From positions 1 through 43,658 of the forward strand of contig DCVX01000032.1 of NCBI GenBank assembly GCA_002328805.1: DNA of 43,658 nucleotides, written 5' to 3'. The notes under the pieces are model-generated. The model was not told the origin of the DNA and ran no database searches. It was given only the letters and a program-made list of their open reading frames with translations. Each line of letters begins with the position of its first letter. The first letter of the stretch is position 1. Shown piece after piece: positions 32,024 to 42,400 of the stretch. A program made the translations under genes and the position numbers. The stretch comes from Candidatus Dojkabacteria bacterium UBA2177. Lineage in GTDB: Bacteria > Patescibacteriota > Dojkabacteria > SC72.

Positions 32024-33873
32024 TAGTATGTTCTTTCAAAATTATTATCTATCTCAGAAAGTGTTAACTTCCATATTGCTGGGCGACCATGAGGACAACT
32101 ATATGGGTTTTCACAATCAGAAAGCTCTTTAAATAAGTTTAGCATCTCTTCTCTACTTAATCTTTGTCCACTTCTTATGCTACCGTGACAAGATATAGTG
32201 GCTAAGAGATCATCTCTTCGTTTCTCTAAGTTCTTTCCTAGGTCTTCTATATTATCTTCTAGAGAAAATATTTCGTTAAACATCTCTTCAAAGTTAGATT
32301 CTGAAAAAGAGGTCGGTGCTGTTTTAAGCTTGAGTTTAGTCCCCTCAATTTCATAGATTATTCCAATGGTTTCAAAGAAATCATGAGCTTCCTCTAAGAA
32401 GATTGCCTCTTCTTTTTTAAGATCTATTTCTACTGGAACCAGATAATTTTGCAAGTCTAAACCGTTTTTACCTTCGGATAATTTTTCAAAGTTTATTCTT
32501 TCTGCTGCTGCGTGTTGGTCTATTACCCAAAGTCTCTCATCTGTAAATTCTACAACTACATATTTGTTAAATATTTGGAATATGTTTCTAATATTCATCT
32601 CATCTTCCCAAGAAATGTTTTCTTTCTGGTCATCGTCTTCTTTTATTTGTGAAGAAAGAATTTCTTTGGAGAACAATAGACTGTCTTTTACCGAAATGGA
32701 CTTGCCTGAGGAGTATAGATTGCTACTCTCGTATTCCTTCCTGCTTCCTTCTTCTATACTTTCTCTCTTGGAGGATGTTGTTGATGCTTTATTAAATCTC
32801 TCCCTTAATGAAGAAAAATCCCTTATTTTACCTTCATTACCACTTGGTATATCCCTAAAAGACAATTCCTTCTCTAGAGTATGTTTAACTGCATTCTCTA
32901 TGGCGGAGTAAACTCTGTAGGGGTTTTCAAAACGGACTTCTTCTTTTCTTGGGTGAACATTAACATCTACAAATTGTGGATCCATGTCTATCTTAATTAC
33001 AAAATCTACCTTCTGGCCATGTGGGATGTACCTAGAATACCCTTCGTGGATAGCTCTGTAGATTCCTTTGTCTGAAATAGCTCTGTCATTTACAAACATG
33101 TAACCTTTAGCTCTGGAACTCTTGTGGTTAGACGGATGGGCTACATACCCAGATATTTTTATACCCGCACCCTCATAATATACTTGAATGAAATTGGAGG
33201 TGTCTTCATTCATAACCTCTTTGACTCTTTCCTTTGTAATTTCTCCTTTCTTGGAGTTTTCTATAGCAGGTAGATCTAGGACAACTTTACTATCCTTTTC
33301 TAAAATAAAATGAATATTAGGATAAACAAGGTAGTAGTTATTCATTAATTCATAAATCTTCCTGTATTCTGTTTGAGATGTCTTTAAGTGCTTCTTTCGT
33401 GCAGGAATATTGTAAAAAAGATTCTCCACACGAACAGTTGTCCCTCTCTCCTTTGGAGTTTTCTTAACAGGAGATTTACCCTCCTCATTAAAATCTATTT
33501 CATTTGCAATTGTCTCTTCAACATACTTAGAAGACACCTTTACCCTTGCTACTGATGTAATTGTAGAGAGTGCTTCCCCTCTAAAACCCATGCTAAGGAG
33601 GGTGTTGAGATCTTCAATCTTCTCTATTTTAGAAGTGGTGTGAGCATCAAAGATTAGTGGAAGATCCTCCTTAGGGATACCATAGCCATTATCTGAAACC
33701 TCTATCATATCTATACCCCCATTCTTTACCCTTACTTCAATCCTGTCTGCCTGGGCATCTATGGCATTATCTACAAGTTCTTTAACTACCGAAGCTGGTC
33801 TTTCTACTACTTCTCCTGCCGCTATCTGGTTTACAACACTCTGTGGTAACTTGTGTAATTTTTTCTTTTTCAC
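32023..33873 (-). CDS. mutL: DNA mismatch repair protein MutL (endonuclease-type)
   Basis: The GHKL ATPase N-terminus reads LPQSVVNQIAAGEVVERPASVVKELVDNAIDA, with MGFRGEAL. The C-terminal endonuclease motif is DQHAAAERINFEKL, with CPHGRP. Confidence 0.93.
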   Translation of the reverse strand: MKKKKLHKLPQSVVNQIAAGEVVERPASVVKELVDNAIDAQADRIEVRVKNGGIDMIEVSDNGYGIPKEDLPLIFDAHTTSKIEKIEDLNTLLSMGFRGEALSTITSVARVKVSSKYVEETIANEIDFNEEGKSPVKKTPKERGTTVRVENLFYNIPARKKHLKTSQTEYRKIYELMNNYYLVYPNIHFILEKDSKVVLDLPAIENSKKGEITKERVKEVMNEDTSNFIQVYYEGAGIKISGYVAHPSNHKSSRAKGYMFVNDRAISDKGIYRAIHEGYSRYIPHGQKVDFVIKIDMDPQFVDVNVHPRKEEVRFENPYRVYSAIENAVKHTLEKELSFRDIPSGNEGKIRDFSSLRERFNKASTTSSKRESIEEGSRKEYESSNLYSSGKSISVKDSLLFSKEILSSQIKEDDDQKENISWEDEMNIRNIFQIFNKYVVVEFTDERLWVIDQHAAAERINFEKLSEGKNGLDLQNYLVPVEIDLKKEEAIFLEEAHDFFETIGIIYEIEGTKLKLKTAPTSFSESNFEEMFNEIFSLEDNIEDLGKNLEKRRDDLLATISCHGSIRSGQRLSREEMLNLFKELSDCENPYSCPHGRPAIWKLTLSEIDNNFERTY

Positions 33874-33914
33874 ACTATTATTCTAACACATCCATATATT
33901 TGCTAGAATACGTT

Positions 33915-35918
33915 GTGGATATTGTAAATAGAAATAAAAATAAAGAACAGAGTAATAATAAGTTTGACTTACAGAAACCTTACGAGAAGTCTCCAGACCA
34001 GAAGAAGGCGGTTGAGGAAATTGTTAAAGGTGTACAAGCTAATAAACAGAAACAAACCCTACTCGGGGTAACTGGCTCTGGAAAAACTTTTGTTATGGCA
34101 AATATTATAGACACCTTACAAAGGCCAACATTGGTTATTTCTCACAATAAGACATTAGCAGCGCAGTTGTATGAAGAATTTAAAGAGTTTTTTCCTAATA
34201 ATTCGGTAAAATATTTTGTCTCTTACTATGACTATTACCAGCCAGAGGCTTACATCCCTGCAAAAGACCTATACATTGAAAAGGAATCTCAAGTTAATAA
34301 AGAGATAGAGAATTTAAGATTTGGGGCTATGAATTCCGCAATAACTAGAAGGGATACAATTGTAGTTGCATCTGTATCTTGTATATATAATATTGGGAAT
34401 CCAGACAATTATGAAAACAGGAGTTTGTCTTTTTATGTGGGACAGGAAATAGAAATTTCTGAAATTGCAAGGGAGTTAGTATCCATGAGATACACAAGGG
34501 ATGCCCTAGATTTCACTACCGGAGTATTTAGAATTGCTGGAGATGTTATTGAAATATATCCTCCATACGAAGAGTTCTCTTTTAGAATAGAGATGTGGGG
34601 AAATAGGGTTGAGAATATTTCAAAGGTTCATCCATTATCTAAACAGAAGGTTTCTGAACCAAGTGAGATACTTGTTTTTCCAGCGACTTCGTTAATATAT
34701 TCTCATGATGTAATTAAAAATGCTGTAGAGAATATTAAGGAAGATCTAAAAAAGAGATTAGACTTTCTAAGAAATATTGGAAAGGATATAGAGGCCTACA
34801 GGTTGGAACAGAAAACAAATTATGACATAGAGATGTTAGAGCAGGTTGGTTATTGTAAGAGTATGGAGAACTACAGTATATATTTTGACGGTAGAAAACC
34901 CGGAGAACCACCCTACACTCTTTTGGATTATTTCCCAAAAGATTATCTTATGTTTATAGATGAGTCACACATTACCATTCCACAGATTGGAGGAATGTAT
35001 AACGGAGATAAGGCAAGGAAAGATAATTTAATTGAATATGGTTTTAGATTACCTACTGCAAGAGATAACAGGCCTCTTAATTTCAAAGAGTTCCAAGCTA
35101 GACAAGGAACCACCGTCTACTTCTCTGCCACTCCCTCAGAATGGGAGGTTAGAGATAGTAATAAGAATGTGGTGGAGCTTCTAACGAGGCCTACGGGTCT
35201 TCTAGACCCTACAGTAGAGGTTAGGAAGACAGATGGGCAGATAGATGATGTAATAGCTGAGATTAATGCTAACGTAAAAAAGGGTCAAAGAGTTCTAGTT
35301 ACTACTCTAACTAAGAGAATGGCAGAAGATTTAACATCTTTTCTTAAAGATTTGGATATTAAAGTCCAATATTTACATTCTGACATAGATACTGTTGAAC
35401 GAGTAGATATTCTAAGAGATCTTAGGCTTGGAGAATATGATGTATTAATTGGGATTAACCTTTTAAGAGAGGGTATTGACCTACCAGAGGTCTCTTTAGT
35501 AATAATTCTAGATGCTGACAAAGAAGGGTTCCTTAGATCTAAAACTAGTCTTGTGCAAACAATTGGTAGAGCTGCTCGACATGTTGAGGGAAGGGTTTTA
35601 ATGTACGCAGATAAGATTACGGAGAGTATGAAGTATGCAATAGATGAAACAGAAAGAAGAAGGAAGTACCAGATAGAATATAATAAGAAACACAATATAA
35701 CTCCTAAGAGTATTGAAAAAGAAATTCGTGGGAGACTTGTTGAAGATGATGGAGAAAAAGATGAAGTCGATCTTGATATTGAAAAATTGGATATTAAACA
35801 GAAGAAGATTCTTATTAAGGAGTTAGAACAAGATATGTTAATAGCTGCAGATAGGTTGGAATTTGAAAAGGCAGGGAAGATAAGGGATGAGATAAAGGAT
35901 ATAAAGGCTGGTTTGTAA
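33915..35918 (+). CDS. uvrB: Excinuclease ABC subunit B
   Basis: Motifs: KFDLQKPYEKSPDQKKAVEEIVKG, Walker A GVTGSGKTF, YYDYYQPEAY, DESH, and the C-terminal UVR motif EFEKAGKIRDEI. The track start (GTG 33843) overlaps the mutL start, so GTG 33915 (or TTG 33900) is more plausible. The start remains uncertain. Confidence 0.9.
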   Translation: MDIVNRNKNKEQSNNKFDLQKPYEKSPDQKKAVEEIVKGVQANKQKQTLLGVTGSGKTFVMANIIDTLQRPTLVISHNKTLAAQLYEEFKEFFPNNSVKYFVSYYDYYQPEAYIPAKDLYIEKESQVNKEIENLRFGAMNSAITRRDTIVVASVSCIYNIGNPDNYENRSLSFYVGQEIEISEIARELVSMRYTRDALDFTTGVFRIAGDVIEIYPPYEEFSFRIEMWGNRVENISKVHPLSKQKVSEPSEILVFPATSLIYSHDVIKNAVENIKEDLKKRLDFLRNIGKDIEAYRLEQKTNYDIEMLEQVGYCKSMENYSIYFDGRKPGEPPYTLLDYFPKDYLMFIDESHITIPQIGGMYNGDKARKDNLIEYGFRLPTARDNRPLNFKEFQARQGTTVYFSATPSEWEVRDSNKNVVELLTRPTGLLDPTVEVRKTDGQIDDVIAEINANVKKGQRVLVTTLTKRMAEDLTSFLKDLDIKVQYLHSDIDTVERVDILRDLRLGEYDVLIGINLLREGIDLPEVSLVIILDADKEGFLRSKTSLVQTIGRAARHVEGRVLMYADKITESMKYAIDETERRRKYQIEYNKKHNITPKSIEKEIRGRLVEDDGEKDEVDLDIEKLDIKQKKILIKELEQDMLIAADRLEFEKAGKIRDEIKDIKAGL

Positions 35919-35981
35919 CTATATTGGTGATAAAACCTAAAAATATGTTACTGTTATATATCTAATTAAATAAAAAGAAAA

Positions 35982-36218
35982 ATGAGAAGAGGTGTACTTG
36001 TTTTAAATAGCGATGAACTTATTGAATTAGGAAGAGTTGTTGATTTAGAAAAGATAAAGATCGCCTTAGAAAACATAAAAGAAGAGAATAGAATTCTTAC
36101 AAATGAAGATGAATTAGAAAATATACTAGATGAAATTGGTATGCCTGAGGATAATGTAATACTTAAAAGTGCTGTTTCTAAAATCTCTGATCTACTACAT
36201 TCTCTTCGGAATAGTTAA
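35982..36218 (+). CDS. Hypothetical acidic 78-aa protein
   Basis: It is an intergenic-sized ORF with no competing ORF. I recognise no motif. Confidence 0.4.
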   Translation: MRRGVLVLNSDELIELGRVVDLEKIKIALENIKEENRILTNEDELENILDEIGMPEDNVILKSAVSKISDLLHSLRNS

Positions 36219-36222
36219 GAGG

Positions 36223-36555
36223 TTATCTTCTACCGAGCTTTCTCTCTTGAGATGCTATCCAGTCATCTACCGCTTTATCAATACTCTCTCCCTTCTTAAG
36301 ACCTAATTCTGCTCTCACTTGGGACTCACTTCTTTTTCTTGCTCTTTTGACCTCATCTGGTTCTGGGAGCGTCTCTTTGTAATGAAGTTCATCACAAATT
36401 GTCTGCGTTGACCGTATTTCGCCTGTGGGAGTCTCACTAGCACCATCCATAGTGGTAGAGAGTACTCTAACAGCCTCTTCTCCCGAATAGCCTTCATCTA
36501 GAAGCTCTTGTATTTCACCTGGATCATATTTGGGAACATTGCTCTCTAAGGGCAT
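36223..36555 (-). CDS. Hypothetical 110-aa protein
   Basis: It lies co-directional with tRNA-Gln and 68 nt downstream of it. I recognise no motif. By eye the region looks less AT-rich than its surroundings. Confidence 0.45.
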   Translation of the reverse strand: MPLESNVPKYDPGEIQELLDEGYSGEEAVRVLSTTMDGASETPTGEIRSTQTICDELHYKETLPEPDEVKRARKRSESQVRAELGLKKGESIDKAVDDWIASQERKLGRR

Positions 36556-36623
36556 GGTATAAGCTCTGCAAATATTATTTTACTATTGTAATGCGAATTG
36601 AAATAAAAAGTAAAGCTCAAAAG

Positions 36624-36697
36624 TGGTTGCGGGACATGGACTCGAACCATGATCGACGGCTTCAAAGGCCGGTGTCCTACCATTAGACGATCCCGCA
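36624..36697 (-). tRNA. tRNA-Gln (anticodon UUG), CCA encoded
   Basis: The reverse complement is TGCGGGA-TC-GTCT-AATGGTA-GGAC-A-CCGGC-CTTTGAA-GCCGT-CGAT-CATGG-TTCGAGT-CCATG-TCCCGCA-A-CCA. This gives a full cloverleaf with T33, anticodon TTG and A37. Confidence 0.9.
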
Positions 36698-36765
36698 ATA
36701 CAAAGAAATTATACTATATGTCCGTATTAAATAAAAAGAAAATATAATGTAAGATATAATCACCT

Positions 36766-37896
36766 ATGCCCCTCTTTAAGAAAAAGCCAGAGAAAACTAA
36801 AAACAAAAGACAGAGAACAAAGGGAACCACCAATCCTACGGGGAAAGTGTATATGCCCCAAAATAAAACAAATTCCGTAAGAAGGAAAGGAAAGAAGAGA
36901 TTTACTCTTTTCAAAAAACGAAGTAACAAATCCAATGTTCAAAGAAGAAATAAAAAAAACATTTCTAAAATTCTTTTTTACACCTTCCTAGCTTTATTAT
37001 TTGTAGGATTACTCTACATTTCTATTATTTCCATAATAAGAATGAGAGATAATACTACAGACGAAAATATTCCAGTGGAATACGTAGTAGGTCTAGAAGG
37101 TATCCCTTCTTACCCTGGGTCTGAATTTATATTCAAAAATAACATTGATGAAATATCTGTTGCTAATTTCATCGCCTCCGGAAATTCTGCTTACCGCTTA
37201 CCACTTAGAACAACAACTACACAAGCATATAAATATTACCAGGAAGTTCTTCCAGAACTTGGTTGGGAGAATGTTCTTTCCGTAGAGGTTGGATCAGAAG
37301 AGATGAAAGAGGGAGAATACTGGGTCAAGGGTACAAGTGGGCTTAGAATTTATTCTAAGTTCAATGATTTATGGTATGAGACACTAACTCAAGAAGAGGC
37401 TGTTACAGGTCTTAGAGCAAAGGTTGTTGAAGAGGCTGAAAGAGAGTTGCTTTTAGCAAGCCAAGATTACCAAGAACTTCTCCCCGACTTTCCATGGATA
37501 TTAAAGGTTCCTAAAGAATATATTATCTCTTATAGCTCTTCTGCTTACAAAGATTACCGAACTGTTCAATTTAGAAAAATTGGAACATCAGAAAGTGTAA
37601 GTGTCGTCCCAATAGGACCAACTGGTGATATTCTAGATAATTATCTCCAGGAGTATACAGAGTTACTTGGTGCGAATGAAGAACAGAACTGGACCATAGC
37701 CAATACAATCCTTGCAGTAACTTCTTATGGTACAGCACTAAGGGGTACTATAACAAACGGGCCAGAAAATCATGATGTTGCAGTAGTATCCAATAGTTAC
37801 AATGGTGTTGTTTATGTTATGGATGCTAACACTCCCAAAGACCCCTTCTTAGACTACCTGTTTGAGAATATGGAACCTGCAAATGTCCAGAGATAG
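36766..37896 (+). CDS. Hypothetical single-pass membrane protein with extremely basic N-terminal tail
   Basis: The first ~68 residues are Lys/Arg-rich (MPLFKKKPEKTKNKRQRTKG...RRKGKKRFTLFKKRSNKSNVQRRNKKN). They are followed by the TM helix ILFYTFLALLFVGLLYISIISII and a ~280-aa external domain. I recognise no family. Confidence 0.62.
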   Translation: MPLFKKKPEKTKNKRQRTKGTTNPTGKVYMPQNKTNSVRRKGKKRFTLFKKRSNKSNVQRRNKKNISKILFYTFLALLFVGLLYISIISIIRMRDNTTDENIPVEYVVGLEGIPSYPGSEFIFKNNIDEISVANFIASGNSAYRLPLRTTTTQAYKYYQEVLPELGWENVLSVEVGSEEMKEGEYWVKGTSGLRIYSKFNDLWYETLTQEEAVTGLRAKVVEEAERELLLASQDYQELLPDFPWILKVPKEYIISYSSSAYKDYRTVQFRKIGTSESVSVVPIGPTGDILDNYLQEYTELLGANEEQNWTIANTILAVTSYGTALRGTITNGPENHDVAVVSNSYNGVVYVMDANTPKDPFLDYLFENMEPANVQR

Positions 37897-37917
37897 TATT
37901 TATTCACTTCAGTTTAC

Positions 37918-39444
37918 TCATTCCTTCGGATTGAAGTATTTATATATCTCTTCCGATACAGTTTTGTTGTTTATACTTTGGTTAATTTTATCAAGGTCTG
38001 CTTCCTTCAAAGTTCTTATATCTCCAAAATCCTTTAAAAGTTTTTTCATTCTTTTCTTCCCTACCCCTGGAATCTTCTCTAACTCTGTATTTTTAGCCTT
38101 TCTAATTCGACTTTTACGATGATGTAATATTGCAAACCTATGTGCCTCATCTCTAAGATCTATTAGTATAGACTTGTTTATAATATCTACCCGTTTTATC
38201 TTATTTTCTTTTCCATTAGAATCTGTAATTAACCAAAATTCATCTAACTGTCTTGCTCCCCTTCTCTTAAGTCTCTTTCCTTTAGAGATGCCTATCAATG
38301 TGGATTCGAAAGGTAAAATCCCTTTTAATCCTTTGTCTAAGACAGATAATTGGGCTTTTCCACCGTCTATGAGAATAATATCTGGGTTAGAGGAATACTT
38401 CATCTTATTTTTAGTGTCAAAACGCCTTTCTAAAACCCTCTCTAACATTGCTGGATCGTTTGACTTATCTATGTCCTCTATCTTAAAGATTCTGTACTGA
38501 TCTCTGCGTATCTCACCATTTTCAGCCACAACCATAGAACCATATGCTAATTCCCCTTGTATATTGGAAATGTCATAACACTCTATCCTGTTAAGTTTTT
38601 TAAGTCCTAATTCTCTTTTTAACTCTTCAAACTCTCTTCTTAAGACCTCTTTTCTTCTTTCTTTGTATGATTGTTCTGTATCATCAGGGAGGAAATCAAT
38701 CTTCTCTCCTAGGTATTTAAGGTCAGAAATTCTGTCTCTTAAGATAGCTGCTTTTTCAAAATTCTTCTCTTTAGAATATTCGTACATCTTTCTTTCCATC
38801 TCCTTTATCTGTCCTCTCTTTCTTCCATTTAAGAACTTTATTATTTCATTAATGTTCTTCCTGTAATCTTCCTCGGTTATGTGTCCTTGGTATGGACCTG
38901 GGCAGAGACCTAGGTGGAAATAGAGGCACTCTTTGCTGTTCTCCTTCTTGCAGGTACAGAATGGATAAAGCTTCCTTAGATAGGTAAATATCCTTTTTGT
39001 GGCCGAACTGCTAGGGTATGGTCCAAAAAGTCTCCCTCTTTTCATTTCTTTGTTGCTTATCTTTCTGACTATTTTAATCGTGGGAAACTTATCTTTAGTA
39101 GAAATGTATATCCATACATAAGACTTGTCGTCCTTCTTGTCACTATTGTAAAAAGGTTTGTATTTTTTAATTAAGGCTGATTCTAAAACAAGAGATTCTA
39201 TTTCATTGTTGGTTTCGGTAATAGATATGTCTTTGATATAGGGAATCATCTGCTTTATACGAGGACGATCATAGAGTGTACTTGAAAAATAAGAACTTAC
39301 CCTATTCCTAAGATTTGTTGCTTTTCCTATGTATAATATCTTCCCGTTTTCATCCAGAAACTTGTAAATCCCTGGTTTTTGTGGGAGAAGCTTGATTTTA
39401 GTTTCTAGGTTCTTAATACCTAGATTCTTAATATTTTTATTCAT
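37918..39444 (-). CDS. uvrC: Excinuclease ABC subunit C (short form)
   Basis: The GIY-YIG N-terminus reads PGIYKFLDENGKILYIGKATNLRNRVSSYF. The UVR motif is FEKAAILRDRISDL. It has an Endo-V-like domain and a C-terminal HhH (IPGVGKKRMKKLLKDFG). It lies 31 nt downstream of dnaE on the same strand and has a TGA stop. Confidence 0.9.
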   Translation of the reverse strand: MNKNIKNLGIKNLETKIKLLPQKPGIYKFLDENGKILYIGKATNLRNRVSSYFSSTLYDRPRIKQMIPYIKDISITETNNEIESLVLESALIKKYKPFYNSDKKDDKSYVWIYISTKDKFPTIKIVRKISNKEMKRGRLFGPYPSSSATKRIFTYLRKLYPFCTCKKENSKECLYFHLGLCPGPYQGHITEEDYRKNINEIIKFLNGRKRGQIKEMERKMYEYSKEKNFEKAAILRDRISDLKYLGEKIDFLPDDTEQSYKERRKEVLRREFEELKRELGLKKLNRIECYDISNIQGELAYGSMVVAENGEIRRDQYRIFKIEDIDKSNDPAMLERVLERRFDTKNKMKYSSNPDIILIDGGKAQLSVLDKGLKGILPFESTLIGISKGKRLKRRGARQLDEFWLITDSNGKENKIKRVDIINKSILIDLRDEAHRFAILHHRKSRIRKAKNTELEKIPGVGKKRMKKLLKDFGDIRTLKEADLDKINQSINNKTVSEEIYKYFNPKE

Positions 39445-39475
39445 ATATGGATTATATCAGTTGGGACAAGGTTCT

Positions 39476-42400
39476 TTAAAACTTCTTAAGCCATTTCTTA
39501 GTCTCTTGATCCATTGCTATCTTTTTTTTAATGATGACATTTTTGTTAGATATCCCATCATTAACAACAATCTTAACGGGAGTATCTCCATCTGATTCTT
39601 GAATATATTTTTTCAAAGCGGCTACCTCTTCCTCGGAGTGTAAGGGGGTTATCCGAAAGGTAACACCATCGAATTGAGAGGAGTATTTCTTTGTATCTAT
39701 ATATTTAGCTTTTTGAACAATAATACTCGCTTGACCATCTCGAATGTTTAATCTACCTGCTATAAGCATGGGTTTGTTTTCCACTAGTGTATCTTTAATC
39801 TCTTTATATACCCTTGGAAAAACAACGGCCTCTGTTTTTGCTGTTTTATCCTCAATTGTAAGAAAGACCATTACTTCTCCTTTTTTTGTGGTGATTTTTC
39901 TAACTTTTGTAACCATGACGCCCAGAACTAGTAAGTCATTATTTTTCTTAATTTCTAATGCCTCTATAAGTGGAACTACATTCTTTTGGTCAAAGAATTC
40001 TTGAAGATTATCTAAGGGATGGCTGGAAAAATATAGTCCGAGGAGTTCTTTCTCCCATTTAAGAATATCTGAAAGTTCAACCTTCGCATCCGTTGGGAGA
40101 GGAGTCTTTCCTATAATGTCATTCTGGGCATCATGTCCATTCATTGAGTTATTCATTGCAAATATATCTATTTGACCCATCTCTTCGGTTTTTTTGTTTG
40201 CTTTTATTTTATTATATACATCATCTAAGACTTGAAGTAAGGCACCTCTTGCTCCAAAGGAATCCATTGTTCCTGCCATTATTAGGTACTCTATAGCCTT
40301 CTTATTTATATTTTTAAAATTTCTATTAACAAAATCATCTAGATGTTTATATTGGCCATTCTTCTCTCTTTCATGGACAATACTTTGAACTATATCCTGA
40401 CCAAGGTTTTTAATACCTGCAAGGCCAAAACGAATACTTTTGTCTCCTTCAACCTTAAAGTAAAATCCACTCTTGTTTACATCTGGGGGGAGTACTTCTA
40501 TGCCGAGTCTTTCACATTCGCCTAAATCTAGAATTACTCTGTCGAATTTTTCCAAATCACCTTCTAACAACGCAGCCATATATTCCAGTGGGTAGTGTGA
40601 TTTCAGATAAGCTGTCCAATAAGCGATAGTTGCATAAGATGCACTATGTGCTTTGTTAAAACCATAATTAGCAAACTTAACTAATCTTTCCCAGATTTTT
40701 TCCATATCTTTCTTATCATGGCCAAGTTTTACACCCCCCTCGATAAAAACTGGTTTTTCTGCTTTCATTACATCTAACTTCTTTTTCCCCATTGCTCTTC
40801 TTAGGATATCTGCCGCACCGAGAGAGTAGCCTGCTGCAACTTGGGCGATTCTCATGACCTGCTCTTGGTAGGAGATAACTCCATTAGTTACTGAGAGAAT
40901 TGGTTCTAGGTCGTCTATTATGTAATCTGGCTCTTGTTTGCCATTTTTAACTTCCGCGTAGTCAGATATAAATTGCATAGGGCCAGGTCTGTATGCTGCA
41001 AGGATATAGGAGATATCTTCCATACTTTCTGGCTCTAGGAGTTTAATTGTTCTCTTCATCCCTTCGCTTTCTAGTTGGAATATGCCAACTGTATGACCAG
41101 ACCTAATTAGTTCAAAAGTTTTTTTATCATTGGTATCTATTGTTGCAAGATCTATCTTTTCTCCCTCTCTCTCTTCTATTTTTTTTAATGCAGATCCGAT
41201 GATGTTTAGGTTCCTGAGACCTAGGAAGTCGAACTTCATAATCCCTATGGCTTCTAGATCTGACATTTCGTACTGGCTCATACCGATACCTCCGCCATGT
41301 GCGTCTCTTTGAATGGGGACATACTCCACAACGGGCTCTGGTGTAATTATGATTCCACAAGCATGTGTTGAGACACCTCTGCACAAACCAGATACTCTAC
41401 GAACAACATCTGCCAGATATCTTGTTTTTTCTGATGAGTTTATTATCTGAGCAAACTCTGGGTTGTGTTCAAGCATATAGTCAATATCTTTAGCTTTGCC
41501 AAACACTATCTCCACCATCTTGGACAGTTCGTCTGCAACATCTAGTTCAACACCAATAACTCTTGCTACATCCCTAATAGCTTGTCTTGTTTGTAATTTA
41601 CTAAAGGTCCCTATCTGTTTTACATTTTCTATTCCGTATTTCTCAATTGTGTATTCTATAACCTCATCTCTTCGTTTATCTGCAATGTCTATATCAAAGT
41701 CTGGAGGACTAGGTCTTTCAGGATTAAGAAATCTTTCAAAATATAATTCCCACTTTATTGGTTCAATATCTGTAATATCTGTAGTATAGGCTACAACAGA
41801 ACCACAGCCTGAGCCACGCATACCAACAACAATATCATTGTCTTTACAGAACCTAATAATATCTCTAACAATTAGGAAATAGTCATCATAACCTTTGTCA
41901 TGAATTGTTTTTAATTCATAATCTATTCTATCCTTTAATTCCTTGTCCAACTTTCCATATCTTTTTTTAGCTCCCTCATATGATAGCTCTCTGAGATATT
42001 CTTGTGATGTCTTTCCTGCAGGGAGATCTTTGTAGGGATTCTCAATACGGTCAAAGGTTATGTCATACTCTTCGATACTATCTACAATCTTCTGAGTATT
42101 TTCAATAGCTTCAGGGATATCCTTAAATAGACTTTGCATCTCCTTCGGATTTTTTACATAAAATTCGTTTGTTGGCATCTTCCTTCTCTCTGGATCGTCA
42201 AGCGTATACCCATCACTAATACACCAAAGAATCTCTTGTATTTGGGCATCCTCCTTATCTAAGTAGTGACTATCACAAGTAGCAACTAAAGGAAGTTCTA
42301 ATTCATCAGCTATTTTAAGAAGCCCTTCATTAACAACCTCTTGTTCCCCCATACCATTTCTTTGTAGCTCTATGTAGAAATTGTCTTTAAACATCTCTTT

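Noticed and set aside
36714-36942. Two minus-strand ORFs (73 and 60 aa) near tRNA-Gln
   Set aside because: They are antisense to the 5' end of the better-supported 376-aa plus-strand gene. Their Phe/Leu-rich sequences mirror that gene's poly-Lys coding AAA/AAG runs.
41127-41384. An 85-aa Arg/His-rich ORF on the minus strand within dnaE
   Set aside because: It is an out-of-frame reading of dnaE coding sequence, and its basic composition is a frame artefact. The other small ORFs between 39744 and 41789 are antisense shadows.
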